Shown here: positions 1-10,185 of the stretch, in pieces
Position numbering within the stretch: position 1 is the first letter of the stretch
How the letters are laid out: the number at the start of each line of letters is the position of its first letter
Assembly: GCA_040767805.1 (NCBI GenBank)
Contig: JAXGNU010000002.1
Location: forward strand, 96,001-160,000
Length of the DNA: 64,000 bases
DNA from: Thermovirgaceae bacterium
Lineage (GTDB): Bacteria; Synergistota; Synergistia; Synergistales; Thermovirgaceae
Reading direction: 5' to 3'
Translations under genes and position numbers: made by a program
The notes under the pieces: model-generated
Told to the model about the DNA's origin: nothing
Database searches by the model: none
Seen by the model: the letters and a program-made list of their open reading frames with translations, nothing else

Positions 1-196
1 CGGCATCCCCGTAATCGGGCCGCGATAGGTCTTTGATCCCAATAGCGCCCGGTTCACCGATGTGAAGGGGAGCCCCGTGGACCGCCGGGAAAAGGGCCGT
101 GGCCGTCGCCATGGACATGATAATCCAAGTGTTGGAAGAAGGGGGGATCTCTGCTATTATCTGCCGGTAGCAGCCATAAGAAGAGAGGGCCTTATT

Positions 197-706
197 TTGA
201 CAGAGAGGGAAAGAAGGCTGGAAAAACTGGCCCAAGTCCTCACCGAAAGCGACGATCCAAGGAGCGGCGCCGAACTGGCCGGACTCTTCAACGTCAGCCG
301 CCAGGCCATCGTCCAGGACATCGCCCTTTTGAGGGACCGCGGCCTCCGGGTTATGGCCACCGCGCAGGGTTACGTCCACCGGGAGGCGAAACCCAGGAGG
401 ATATTCCCCGTCCGCCACGGCGTGGAAGAGATCGCCGACGAGCTCAACACCATGATCGAGGCCGGTGGGCGGGTGATAGACGTGGTGGTGGACCACCCCG
501 TCTGCGGCGAGATCCGGGGCAACCTCGACCTGGCTTCCAGGGAGGATGTGGCCCGCTTCGTCAACATCCTGAAGAGCACGGGCCAATCGCCCTTGCTTTC
601 CCTGTCGAGAGGTTTTCATGCCCACACCGTGGAAGCCGACGACGACATGACGCTGGACGCGATCGAAAAAGCTCTTGCGGACAAGGGTTACCTCGAGATG
701 GATTGA
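197..706 (+). CDS. niaR: NiaR-type transcriptional regulator (HTH_11 + 3H domain)
   Basis: N-terminal HTH ([24 protein letters not shown]) and 3H-domain His residues (VRHG, DHPVCG, FHAHTV). TTG start at 197 after GAGAGGG preferred over the ORF-track start at 62. Confidence 0.85.
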   Translation: MTERERRLEKLAQVLTESDDPRSGAELAGLFNVSRQAIVQDIALLRDRGLRVMATAQGYVHREAKPRRIFPVRHGVEEIADELNTMIEAGGRVIDVVVDHPVCGEIRGNLDLASREDVARFVNILKSTGQSPLLSLSRGFHAHTVEADDDMTLDAIEKALADKGYLEMD

Positions 707-729
707 ACACTTTCACGGGAGGCGGGGCC

Positions 730-927
730 TTGACTCGCAAGGAGAAGCTGTGGGTTCTTTTTTCGTTGCTCTATGGGATCGTTAACGTGGCTGTGCCCTT
801 CACCATTCTGAAAAGGGCCGGTTCTTTCGCTTTCTGGAACCTCATCACCGCCGTTGTGCTCCTGGCGGGGGTATGGGTGACCTCGGGCTGGGCGGGAAAA
901 GCCGACCATGAGGGGGAGGGCCGGTGA
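730..927 (+). CDS. Small two-TM membrane protein, likely partner of the downstream solute:sodium symporter
   Basis: Two hydrophobic helices. GGGAGG RBS then TTG at 730. Stop overlaps the GTG start of the SSS gene (GTGA). Confidence 0.7.
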   Translation: MTRKEKLWVLFSLLYGIVNVAVPFTILKRAGSFAFWNLITAVVLLAGVWVTSGWAGKADHEGEGR

Positions 928-2378
928 TGAGCCGTACGCTGATCCTGGCGGGCATCGCCCTTTGGTTCACCCTTGGATCCCTCCTGTCGTGGCATGCCAG
1001 GAGGAACCTCGGGAAGGGCATGATCGAGTATTTCCTGGCTGACCGCAAGGTCGGAGGATTCATCTCGGCCATGACCTACAGCGCGACCACCTACAGCGCC
1101 TTCATGATGGTCGGCCTCGTGGGGCTCACCTACTCCTCCGGCATCGGCAGCCTCGGTTTTGAGATGACCTACCTGGCGGCAACGGTGATACTGATGGTGA
1201 TCTTCGCCCCCAGGTACTGGGCAGCAGGGAGGATCTACCGGCTCGTGACCCCCTCGGAGCTCCTTTCAAAACGCTACGGCAGCCCATCGGCGGGGGCCGT
1301 GTCGGCCGTCCTGTGCCTGGTCATGCTCATCCCCTACGCTTCGGTCCAACTGATGGGGACGGGCTACCTCCTGGAGATCCTCTCGGGAGGCGCCATATCC
1401 TTTACGGCAGGCATGATCATCGCGGCGGGCGTGTCCTTCGTCTTCTCATGGTGGGCCGGGTTGAGGTCCGTGGCCCTGACCGACGCTTTCCAGGCCGTGA
1501 TAATGCTCGCCGCCAGCTTGCTCCTGCTGGGCTTCATAGCCTTCGCCCTCTTCCCCGAGGGGTTGCTGGTGGCCCTTTCGGCCAGGCGCGACCTCTTGGA
1601 GGTATCCTGGCCCTTTCCCCTGTTCCTGGGGCTGACCCTTCCCTGGGCGTTCTTCGCCGTGACAAACCCCCAGGTGGTGCAACGCCTTTATATTCCATCG
1701 AGCGTGGGGAACCTCAGGAAGATGATCCTGGGCTTTTCCGCCTTCGGTTTCGTCTATACCGTCCTGTGCGTGATCTTCGGCCTGGCGGCAGCGGCGAAGA
1801 TGCCGGGGCTTGAGAAAGCCGACAACGCCATGGCCATGCTGCTCTCGTCGGTCCCGGCCCCGCTGGCCCTCGTCGTCTTCCTCAGCATCATGGCGGCGGC
1901 GGTGTCGACCATGAACTCCATCATCCTGACCCTGAGTTCCATGTTCGGCAGGGACGTGGTGAAGGCCTTACTCCCCGGTATTTCCGAGGAGTCGGAACTC
2001 CGGATCTGCAGGCTCCTCATCCCGATCATAACGATCGCCTGCTTTTTCTTCGCCCGGATGCAGCTCGGCCTCATAGCGGTCCTGTCGGCCATGGCCTCGG
2101 GAGGGCTGCTCATGCAGCTGCCGGCCACCCTGGGGGCGTTCTTCTGGAAAAAGGCCACCGCGGCGGGAGCCGTGTCCAGCATGGTCGTCGGAGGCCTTGC
2201 GGTGGGCTTCATGTACGTCGAGGGGATGAAGCCCCTGGGTCACTGGCCTCCCCTCTGGGGGATCCTCCTGTCGGGAGCGGTCTTCATCGCCGTCAGCCTT
2301 GCCACGAAGCCCCCCCTGGATACGGACCGTTTCCTCTCCTCCGTGGAGTGTTTCGTCAAGGAACGCTTCTGGAGTTGA
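924..2378 (+). CDS. Sodium:solute symporter (SSS, PanF/PutP-like)
   Basis: 484 aa, ~13 TM; EYFLADR, SATTYSAF, GLRSVALTDAFQ and AAAVSTMNS are SSS-type motifs. Confidence 0.9.
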   Translation: MMSRTLILAGIALWFTLGSLLSWHARRNLGKGMIEYFLADRKVGGFISAMTYSATTYSAFMMVGLVGLTYSSGIGSLGFEMTYLAATVILMVIFAPRYWAAGRIYRLVTPSELLSKRYGSPSAGAVSAVLCLVMLIPYASVQLMGTGYLLEILSGGAISFTAGMIIAAGVSFVFSWWAGLRSVALTDAFQAVIMLAASLLLLGFIAFALFPEGLLVALSARRDLLEVSWPFPLFLGLTLPWAFFAVTNPQVVQRLYIPSSVGNLRKMILGFSAFGFVYTVLCVIFGLAAAAKMPGLEKADNAMAMLLSSVPAPLALVVFLSIMAAAVSTMNSIILTLSSMFGRDVVKALLPGISEESELRICRLLIPIITIACFFFARMQLGLIAVLSAMASGGLLMQLPATLGAFFWKKATAAGAVSSMVVGGLAVGFMYVEGMKPLGHWPPLWGILLSGAVFIAVSLATKPPLDTDRFLSSVECFVKERFWS

Positions 2379-3064
2379 TGTACCTCCTTGTCCAGGGACA
2401 AGCCTGGATGCATATCCCGCAGATGACATGGGACCACCCGTTATCCGCCGAGAGCTTCCTAGCGTACCTGTTGCAGGCGAAGATATCCACCAGTTCGTCC
2501 CGATAGACCCCTTCCATCCAGTCCTTGCCGGTCGGGGCCTTAACGGGGCAGGCCAGGACGCAATCGGTGCAAGGCCCGCACCGTGACTCCCTCGAAGGAT
2601 CCCCAGGGGTGAGGGGAGCATCGGTGAAGATGGTGCACATCCTGAAGGCGGAGCCGAACTCCTCGGTGACGAGGAGGTCGCACTTCCCTATCCACCCCAC
2701 GCCGGCACGAAGGGCGGCGGTCTTGTGCGGGAAAGGGGCGCTGAGGGTTCCCTCGTCGTACTCCTGCGTCGTCGGGTCGATGAGACCAGCCCGTCATCCC
2801 GCCCCTTCGAGGAACCTCACGACCTCGAACGCCGATCCTCGCCAATTCCTTGTTCGCTCTCTCGTATTCATCGTGGTATTCACGGGGGTCGGACCCTCGC
2901 CAATGGCGGCGATAATGGCCGGGGCGAGGGCCAGCAGGACGGTCACCCCCTGCGAGGCCCCGGTAAGGCAAGGTCTGCAGGTCTGAAAGGTCCGAAAACC
3001 CGGCACTCCCCGATCCTCCCGCTTCCCGGATCACTTTTCCAGTTCCAGTGTCAGGTCGTCTCAT
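2356..3064 (-). pseudogene. Epoxyqueuosine reductase-like 4Fe-4S protein, frameshifted in its 5' part
   Basis: The C-terminal frame is clean (PFPHKTAALRAGVGWIGKCDLL, CGPCTDCVLACP, CGICIQACP). The N-terminal part is split over frames (AGFSDLS / LALAPAIIAAIGEGPTP / EYHDEYERAN). Pseudogene or sequencing error. Confidence 0.75.
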
Positions 3065-3726
3065 TCCTATCCCCTCCTCGAAAGGTGCGGCGGCAGCCCT
3101 GGAAGGCCCGTACCTCTTGAAAAGCCTCCAGCACCTGGTCTACTTCTTCATCGGTCAGGACCCTTGGTTCCCCCAGGGAAAGGACCCTGGAATAGACCAT
3201 GGCCAGGAATTCCGACCGTCTCGGCTGTCACACTGGAAGGCCCAGTGAGGGATCTTCCGACCGAGACCATACCGTGGTTGGCCAAAAGGGCGGCTTTCCC
3301 TTCACCCATGGCCTCCACCGCGTACCGGGCCAGTTCCGGCGTGCCGAAACAGGCGTAGGGCGCCACGGGTATCTTCCCGCCCACCAGGGGCACGAGGTAA
3401 TGGAAGGGCGGGATCTCCCGGCCGAGACAGGCCAGGACGCAGGCGTAGGGGAATGGGTGTGGACCACGGCGGTGATGTCGGCCTCGCATGGTATAGGGCG
3501 AGGTGCAGGGACATCTCGCTGGTGGGCTTCATCCCCCCTTCGAGCAGCCGTCCTTCCAGGTCCACCACCGCGACATCTTCCGGCTTCATAGCCTCGTACT
3601 CCACGCCGCTGGGCGAGAGCCACGCGCCTGCCGGACCGGGACGCTGTTGCCCCCCGTCCCGGTGTGACAAGACCCTTCGCATCTTTTGCCGAAGACCTAT
3701 CCCGAACCGGGCCTCGCGAGCATCAT
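3061..3726 (-). pseudogene. Class II aldolase/adducin family (L-fuculose-phosphate aldolase-like), multiply frameshifted
   Basis: Motifs scattered over three frames: GTGGN, LSPSGVEYEAMKPEDVAVVDLEG..PTSEMSLHLALY, AVVHTHSP, LLANHGMVSVG, EFLAMVY. ATGATG start at 3726 after GGGGTGAGG. Confidence 0.8.
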
Positions 3727-3822
3727 CGACCTCACCCCGTTTCCGGATCATAACCCAAGGGGAGGACCAATTTCCAGGGGATGGGTATACTGGTGACACC
3801 AAGCATGACTGGAGGTGAAGGG

Positions 3823-4665
3823 ATGGCAATACCAGGAGAAAGCCTCTCCATTCCGGTGTACCAGGTGGACGCCTTCACAGAGGAACCCTTCGAGGGGAAC
3901 CCTGCGGCGGTGTGCCTCGTAGAGGCGTTCCTCCCCGAGGAGACGATGAAAAAGATCGCCCTGGAGATGAACCTCTCCGAGACCGCCTTCGTAGCGCCTT
4001 CGACAAGAGGCGGGGAGAGGGGGTCCTTCTCGATCCGTTGGTTCACACCCGCCGTGGAAGTACCTCTCTGCGGTCACGCGACCCTCGCGTCATCCTGGGT
4101 CATCTTCACCGAGAAAGAGACCTCCGCCACCCGCATAACCTTCGAAAGCGCCAGCGGCACGCTGGCGGCAACCCGGGAAGGTGAGGGAGTGACCCTCGAC
4201 TTCCCCCGGAACGACAGCGAACCAGCGGTGGTCCCCGCCGGGCTCCTGGAGGCCCTGGGGCTTGAAGCCGTGGAGGACGTCCAGGTCTCGCCCAGCGCCG
4301 AGATGCTGCTTCTTAGGGTTAAGGACGAACCCACCCTTCGAAGCCTGCGTCCGAAGGTGGAGGCCCTGTTGGCCGTCGAACGGGGGGACCCGCTTTTCCA
4401 GGGAGTGATCGTCACTTCGAGATCTTCCACCTACGACTTCGTTTCCCGGTACTTTGGCCCCTGGGAGGGGATCGACGAAGACCCGGTGACCGGGGCGGCC
4501 CATACGGTCCTAGCCCCCTATTGGTCGGGGATCGTGGGGAAGGACCGTTTCCATGCCTTCCAGGCCTCGAAAAGGGGAGGTACCCTGAACGTCACCCTTG
4601 CGGGGGACCGGGTGATGATCTCCGGCAAGGCCCGCATCGTCCTTAAAGGGGAGTTGTACCTTTAA
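3823..4665 (+). CDS. PhzF family isomerase/epimerase
   Basis: QVDAFTEEPFEGNPAAV, NLSETAF, EVPLCGHATLA, EDPVTGAAH. GGAGGTG RBS before ATG at 3823. Confidence 0.93.
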   Translation: MAIPGESLSIPVYQVDAFTEEPFEGNPAAVCLVEAFLPEETMKKIALEMNLSETAFVAPSTRGGERGSFSIRWFTPAVEVPLCGHATLASSWVIFTEKETSATRITFESASGTLAATREGEGVTLDFPRNDSEPAVVPAGLLEALGLEAVEDVQVSPSAEMLLLRVKDEPTLRSLRPKVEALLAVERGDPLFQGVIVTSRSSTYDFVSRYFGPWEGIDEDPVTGAAHTVLAPYWSGIVGKDRFHAFQASKRGGTLNVTLAGDRVMISGKARIVLKGELYL

Positions 4666-4695
4666 AAAAACCGGCGGCCCTTCGGGGCCGCCGGT
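4664..4695 (-). terminator. Intrinsic terminator between convergent phzF-like and PPIase genes
   Basis: A-tract then ACCGGCGGCCC-TTCG-GGGCCGCCGGT; the U-tract falls on the minus strand. Confidence 0.85.
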
Positions 4696-4709
4696 CGTAT
4701 CATTATCCT

Positions 4710-5591
4710 TTACTGGTCCTTCTTGAAGGCCGGGAAGCCCCCCAAGGTTGAAAGGATCTCGTGGTCGATCTCCGATCCCAGCGATCCTTCCAGGCGTTCC
4801 ACCTCGAGGTCGAGGTAGTGCTTCTGGATGTCCTCCCTCACCCGGGGGAGCACCTCGTCAAGGGTGGTCGCCCTGGCAGGCCGTTTTTCCAGCACCTGGA
4901 TGACGTGCCACCCGTACTTGGTCTCCACGGGCCCCCCGATCCTCCCCGGTTCCAGTGAAAAGGCCAGTTCGTCGAAGCCGGGCACCGTCTGTCCCCTGGA
5001 GACCCAGCCGAGGTCCCCGCCGGAATTCGCGCTCCCGGGGTCGATGCTCCTTTTCGCGGCCACGGCGCCGAAATCCGCACCCCTGGCAAAGACCTCAAGG
5101 AGAACATCGGTGGCCTCTTCTTCGGACCCAACGAGGATGTGCCTGACGTGGACCGCCTCGAGCACGCTGTATTCATCCTTGTGCTGGCCGAACCAGGCCT
5201 CGAGGGCCGGCCTTCCCATGTCCCACTTCGATGATGCCGATGAGACATAGGCCTGGGCGAGGATGTTGACGGCGTTCCATTTCAGCTTGGCGGCCACAGC
5301 GGAATCCAGCTGCAGCCCCTTCCGGCGGGCCGCCTCCGAAAGGAGAAGGGCTACCGACACCTGCTTCGCGAAGTTTTCCCTGTCCTCCAACGAGAGTTGG
5401 GACAATACGAAGGGGGCCATCATCCTGTCCACGCCGGACTGGTCCATGATCAGGCCGATCATCTCCTGCTCGCTGACGCTCTCACCCCCCGCGGTAATCA
5501 CGGGCCCCCTGTCGGCGGCCAAGGCCAGGGTCGGCATGAGCAGAGATGCCATTACTGCGTAAAGAACCGCTTTTCTTGAAAGATTTCTCAC
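4710..5591 (-). CDS. Exported PpiC-type peptidyl-prolyl isomerase (PrsA/SurA-like)
   Basis: Signal peptide, VHVRHILV, SIDPGSANSGGDLGW, GPVETKYGWHVI. GTG start at 5591 after GGGGAG. Confidence 0.9.
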   Translation of the reverse strand: MRNLSRKAVLYAVMASLLMPTLALAADRGPVITAGGESVSEQEMIGLIMDQSGVDRMMAPFVLSQLSLEDRENFAKQVSVALLLSEAARRKGLQLDSAVAAKLKWNAVNILAQAYVSSASSKWDMGRPALEAWFGQHKDEYSVLEAVHVRHILVGSEEEATDVLLEVFARGADFGAVAAKRSIDPGSANSGGDLGWVSRGQTVPGFDELAFSLEPGRIGGPVETKYGWHVIQVLEKRPARATTLDEVLPRVREDIQKHYLDLEVERLEGSLGSEIDHEILSTLGGFPAFKKDQ

Positions 5592-5632
5592 GAGATCACT
5601 CCCCGAATAAAGTGTCCGGTCCGAACCGGTGA

Positions 5633-6478
5633 TCATTTTGTTCCAGTACCATTGGGCGTTCCGCGGTAGGGCATGGGCACATACTGGACCGACGGGCGGC
5701 GCTGGCCCGACTGGGGGTAAAGCCTCATCACCTGGCATATCTCCTCGGGTATGTCCGTGGAAACGAACAGCCCCAGTTCAGCCGCTTCCTCGCTGCTTAT
5801 GGGGTAATCATGGGTCCAGCGCCCCTCGGTGAGCATCGCCGCCAGTCTTTCGGCCTCTTCCTGGGCCACGTTGTCCACGAGAAGGTTTACCACGAACTGC
5901 CGGGTCTGTTCAATAGCCTTCCGGGATATATCGGCCAGGATCAGCGTCTCGTCGTCGATCTCGGCGATGGGTTTCTCGGCGACGGTCTTCAGGATCGAGA
6001 CGGCCGGGTACTGCCCTATCTGCGGGTCCACCGGGCCAAGGACGGCATGTCGGTCCATCACTATCTCATCGGCGGCCAGGGCGATCAGCGTGCCGCCGGA
6101 CATGGCATAGTGGGGGACGAAGACCGTCACCTTCGCCTCGTGCTTGTTCAGCGCCGCTGCTATCTGGGAGGCGGCCAGCAGCAGGCCCCCCGGGGTGTGG
6201 ACGATCAGGTCGATGGGGTTATCCGAGGAAGTCATGCGGATAGCCCTCAGGATCTCTTCGGAGTCCTCGATATTTATGTAGTTCCTGGCGAAAAGGCCCA
6301 TGAAACCGACGGTCTCCTGGCGGTGGATAAGGGTGATCACCCTGCTGCCCCGCTTCTTCTCGAGGCTCCTGATAGTGCCCACCCTCAAACGCTCGAGGTT
6401 CCACTGCTTTAACATGGGGAAGACGAAGAAGAACAGCATCAAGATCCAGAAAAGGTCCACTTTGAACACTCCCACCAC
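5633..6478 (-). CDS. Membrane-anchored SDH-family ClpP-class serine protease
   Basis: N-terminal TM, LIVHTPGG, AMSGGTLIAL (Ser), LGPVDPQ (Asp), WTHDYPI (His). Confidence 0.9.
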   Translation of the reverse strand: MVGVFKVDLFWILMLFFFVFPMLKQWNLERLRVGTIRSLEKKRGSRVITLIHRQETVGFMGLFARNYINIEDSEEILRAIRMTSSDNPIDLIVHTPGGLLLAASQIAAALNKHEAKVTVFVPHYAMSGGTLIALAADEIVMDRHAVLGPVDPQIGQYPAVSILKTVAEKPIAEIDDETLILADISRKAIEQTRQFVVNLLVDNVAQEEAERLAAMLTEGRWTHDYPISSEEAAELGLFVSTDIPEEICQVMRLYPQSGQRRPSVQYVPMPYRGTPNGTGTK

Positions 6479-6492
6479 TCCTCTCGTTTATC

Positions 6493-6524
6493 AAAAAACG
6501 GGATCCCTCCCCGGAAGGGATCCC
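6493..6524 (-). terminator. Intrinsic terminator after clpC
   Basis: GGGATCCCT-7nt-AGGGATCCC stem with an A6 tract on + (U-tract on -). Confidence 0.75.
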
Positions 6525-6547
6525 TCTTAACGGTTAAACCGACACGA

Positions 6548-9076
6548 TCAGACCCCGGCCGTTCTCTCCGCTTCCCTCCCCCCGGGCGCGCCGCTACCGT
6601 CGCCGGTCAGGTTTGACTCCGGGAGGAGAACCAGTTCACCGTCCCTCACGGAGACCAGGACCCGGCTCTCCTGGCCGACACGGCCTTCAAGCACCAGGTC
6701 GGCCAGCCGGTCCTCGATGAAGCGCTGGACGGCCCTTCTCAAGGGCCTGGCTCCGTACTTCGGGTCGTAGCCCCGCTCAAGCAGGAGCGCCCTGGCCTCG
6801 TCGGGCACTTCGATGTGGATGCCCCTTTCGGCGAGCCTGTCACCGACTTCCCGGATCATCAGGTCCAGGACCTTGAGCAGTTCTTCCCTTCCAAGGGGTT
6901 CAAAGACGATCATTTCATCTACTCGGTTGAGGAATTCAGGCCTGAAGGTCTTCTTCACAGACTCGACGATCCCGGCACGGACCCTGTCCCAGTCGGGCGT
7001 CTCGCCCTGCCCGGGGGCCGCGAAACCGAGGCTTTGCCCCTTCATGGCATCCCTGGCCCCGATATTGCTGGTCATGATGACCACGCTGTTCCGGAAGTCG
7101 ACGGTGTGTCCCTGGCCGTCGGTAAGGCGCCCGTCCTCCAGTATCTGGAGGAGGATGTTGAAGATGTCAGGGTGGGCCTTCTCGATCTCGTCGAAGAGCA
7201 CCACCGAGTAGGGCCTCCTCCGAAGAGCCTCGGTGAGCTTGCCCCCCTCCTCGTAGCCCACGTAGCCGGGCGGGGCGCCGATAAGTTTGGCCACTTCATG
7301 GCGTTCCATGTACTCACTCATATCGAACCTTACCATGGCCTCCTCGCTTCCGAAGAGGAACTCCGCGAGCGAACGGGCCAGCTCCGTCTTCCCAACCCCG
7401 GTGGGTCCCAGGAAAAGGAAGCTCCCGCCGGGCCTCTTCGGGTCCTTGAGACCGCTCCTGGACCTGCGGATGGCCCTGGACACGGCGTTGACGGCTTCGG
7501 CCTGGTCCACCATGCGGCGGTGGATCTCCTCTTCCATGCGCATGAGCCGCGCCGCTTCCTCCTCGGTGAGTTGCACGACGGGGATGCCGGTCCACTCCGA
7601 GACGATCTCGGCTATCTGCTCGGCGTCGACCACCGGCTCTTCCTGGTTCCGCGCCTTGTGCCACTCCCTGCGGCCGGCTTCGATCTCTTCTCCCAGCTTT
7701 CGTTCATCATCCCTAAGGGAGGCCGCCTTCTCGAATTCCTGGGACGCCACGGCCGCCTCCTTCTCCTTGCGGAGAGCCTCGAGCCGCCGTTCCATCTCCT
7801 TGACCGTTTCCGGGGCCTCCATCGTCTTGAGCCTCGCCCGGGCCGCCGCCTCGTCGATCAGGTCGATGGCCTTGTCGGGGAGGTGGCGTTCGGTAATATA
7901 ACGGGCCGAGAGCCTGGCGGCGGCCTCGAGGGCCCTATCGGTGATCTTCGCCCTGTGGTGGGCCTCGTAACGGTCCCTCAGCCCTTCGAGGATCCTTATC
8001 GAGTCATCCACGCCGGGTTCTTCCACCATGACCGGCTGGAACCGTCTTTCAAGGGCGGCGTCCTTCTCGATATTCTTCCGGTATTCGTCGATCGTGGTGG
8101 CGCCTATTACCTGGAATTCGCCCCTAGAAAGGCTGGGTTTGAGGATGTTGGCGGCGTCGACGGCGCCTTCCGCACCCCCGGCACCGACGATGGTGTGGAC
8201 CTCGTCGATGAAGAGGATCACGTCCCTGCAATCCCGGAGCTCCTTGACGAGCTTGCGCATCCTCTCCTCGAACTCGCCCCGGTACTTGGTGCCGGCGACG
8301 AGGTTACCCATGTTGAGCTGCACCACCCTTTTCCCCTTCAAAACCTCGGGGATGTCGCCGGCGATTATCTTCTGGGCCAGGCCCTCCACGATCGCCGTTT
8401 TGCCGACGCCGGGGTCTCCTATCAGCACCGGGTTGTTCTTGGTCCGCCGCGAGAGGATCTGGATGAGCCTCTGGATCTCCTTGGCCCTGCCGATTACGGG
8501 GTCTAGTTCGTTGCGCTGGGCCATCTCCGTCAGCGCTATTCCCAACTGGTCCAGTGTCGGCGTCTTTGAGCGTCCCGATGGCTTCTGGGGGCCCTCTTCC
8601 TCGGCATCGGCGGCGGACTCGGCGGGAGACCCCTCCCCAGCCGAAACGGCAGCTATGACCTCACCCCTGATCTTCTCGACGTCCAGGCCCGCGGCGACGA
8701 GGACCTGGGCAGCCACGCCCTCACCCTCGGAGATGAGCCCTAAAAGGATATGCTCGGTCCCGACGTAATTTACGGACATCTCCTTGGCCTCGCGCATGGC
8801 CAGGTCGAGGACCTTTTTCGCCCTGGGGCTCAAGGGCAGGTCCATGGGTTTGCTCTTCTGGTCGCCCCTCCCGACGAACTGCTCCACGGCCTCCCGCAGC
8901 CCTTCAAGGGTTATGCCCGAGGCCTGGAGGATCCGGGCTGCCACGCCGTCCCCCTCCGCGACGAGCCCCATGAGGATGTGTTCCGTCCCGATCAGGTCAT
9001 GCCCCATTCTTAGGGCTTCCCGATGGGCCAGTTGTATCACTTTCTTGCTTCTTTCAGTGAAGTATTGCCACATCAA
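6548..9076 (-). CDS. clpC: ATP-dependent Clp protease ATP-binding subunit ClpC
   Basis: Clp N repeats, two Walker A motifs (GDPGVGKT, GPTGVGKT), UVR motif, LGF ClpP-docking loop. Confidence 0.97.
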   Translation of the reverse strand: MMWQYFTERSKKVIQLAHREALRMGHDLIGTEHILMGLVAEGDGVAARILQASGITLEGLREAVEQFVGRGDQKSKPMDLPLSPRAKKVLDLAMREAKEMSVNYVGTEHILLGLISEGEGVAAQVLVAAGLDVEKIRGEVIAAVSAGEGSPAESAADAEEEGPQKPSGRSKTPTLDQLGIALTEMAQRNELDPVIGRAKEIQRLIQILSRRTKNNPVLIGDPGVGKTAIVEGLAQKIIAGDIPEVLKGKRVVQLNMGNLVAGTKYRGEFEERMRKLVKELRDCRDVILFIDEVHTIVGAGGAEGAVDAANILKPSLSRGEFQVIGATTIDEYRKNIEKDAALERRFQPVMVEEPGVDDSIRILEGLRDRYEAHHRAKITDRALEAAARLSARYITERHLPDKAIDLIDEAAARARLKTMEAPETVKEMERRLEALRKEKEAAVASQEFEKAASLRDDERKLGEEIEAGRREWHKARNQEEPVVDAEQIAEIVSEWTGIPVVQLTEEEAARLMRMEEEIHRRMVDQAEAVNAVSRAIRRSRSGLKDPKRPGGSFLFLGPTGVGKTELARSLAEFLFGSEEAMVRFDMSEYMERHEVAKLIGAPPGYVGYEEGGKLTEALRRRPYSVVLFDEIEKAHPDIFNILLQILEDGRLTDGQGHTVDFRNSVVIMTSNIGARDAMKGQSLGFAAPGQGETPDWDRVRAGIVESVKKTFRPEFLNRVDEMIVFEPLGREELLKVLDLMIREVGDRLAERGIHIEVPDEARALLLERGYDPKYGARPLRRAVQRFIEDRLADLVLEGRVGQESRVLVSVRDGELVLLPESNLTGDGSGAPGGREAERTAGV

Positions 9077-9117
9077 CTGAACCTCCGTTTAAAGGAAGGG
9101 CGGAGTGGGCCCCTCGT

Positions 9118-10185
9118 TCAACTTCCCTTTTCCCCACTCGCGAGCGCCTTCCTGAGTATGGCCGAACGTTTCGCCGCCAGTTCCTCCGGGGATAGGTCCC
9201 CGGTCGATCTGGCCTGTATATGGGCCTTCTGGGTATCCAAGAGAAGGGCGTTCATCGTGCTTACCGCGACGGGAGGGAGGATACCCATACCCGACCCCAT
9301 CCGGACCAGGGAAAGCAGTTCAAGGGCTTCCCTGGCCTCCATTACCCTGGAAAACCCGAGCAGGCCCCAGGCCCTCCACACCTTGTCCTCGAGGTCCGTC
9401 CCCTTCCAGGACAGGATCTTGCCCCGGGCGGCCTGCTCCTGCCTCACCAGCCCCAGGGCCGTCCCGGAGACCTTTTCCACCAGTTCATCCTCGGTCTGCC
9501 CCAGGGTGACCTGGTTGGAGACCTGGTAAAGCGCCCCGGGCGAATCGCTCCCCTCCCCGAACATGCCTCTGACGGTCAGGCCGACCTTACCGCAACCGAA
9601 AGCCAACTTGCCCATCCTTCCGAGATGGGTAAGGGCGGGCAGGTGGATCATCACCGAGGCCCTCAGGCCCGTCCCAACATTCGTGGGGCAGGAGGTGAGG
9701 TAACCGCACCTGCTGTCAAAGGCATAGTCCAGCGCCTCGAGGGCTCCATCCACCTGCCTGGCGATCCTTGAGGCTTCATGGAGCCTCATCCCCCCGAGTA
9801 TGGCCTGGATCCTGACATGGTCCTCCTCGTTCACCATGATCGAGACGATCCCGCGGCTGTCCACGGCGGCGCCTCGACCGGGCCCCCCCTTCGCGAGGGC
9901 GGGGCTTATAAGATGCTTCTCGATGAGGACCCCCTTCGCCAGGGGTTCCAGGGCGTCGATCTCGAAAAACCTGAAGGTCCGCAGGAAGTCCTCCGAACGG
10001 ATGATCGAGCCGACCTTCTCGGCACAGTTCTCGAGTTCCTCCTTACCGGCCCTCCAAGGGAAGGCGTGCCCCTTCAGGTTCCTGGCTAGCCTTACTCGGC
10101 TTGAAAGGATGATATCCGAGTGCTCGCCTGTCCCATCGAGCCATTCGAGCGGACTGTCGGCTATCTCCCTAGCCTTCGCCTTCAT
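9118..10185 (-). CDS. mcsB: Protein arginine kinase McsB
   Basis: LSSRVRLARNL, VNEEDH, LTSCPTNVGTGLRAS; operon context. Confidence 0.95.
   Translation of the reverse strand: MKAKAREIADSPLEWLDGTGEHSDIILSSRVRLARNLKGHAFPWRAGKEELENCAEKVGSIIRSEDFLRTFRFFEIDALEPLAKGVLIEKHLISPALAKGGPGRGAAVDSRGIVSIMVNEEDHVRIQAILGGMRLHEASRIARQVDGALEALDYAFDSRCGYLTSCPTNVGTGLRASVMIHLPALTHLGRMGKLAFGCGKVGLTVRGMFGEGSDSPGALYQVSNQVTLGQTEDELVEKVSGTALGLVRQEQAARGKILSWKGTDLEDKVWRAWGLLGFSRVMEAREALELLSLVRMGSGMGILPPVAVSTMNALLLDTQKAHIQARSTGDLSPEELAAKRSAILRKALASGEKGS

Noticed and set aside
6815..8506. Long antisense ORFs (also 19048-20814, 32320-33477, 49258-50835, 52742-54331, 54491-55768)
   Set aside because: Shadow frames opposite well-conserved genes, expected in high-GC DNA; no recognisable motifs.
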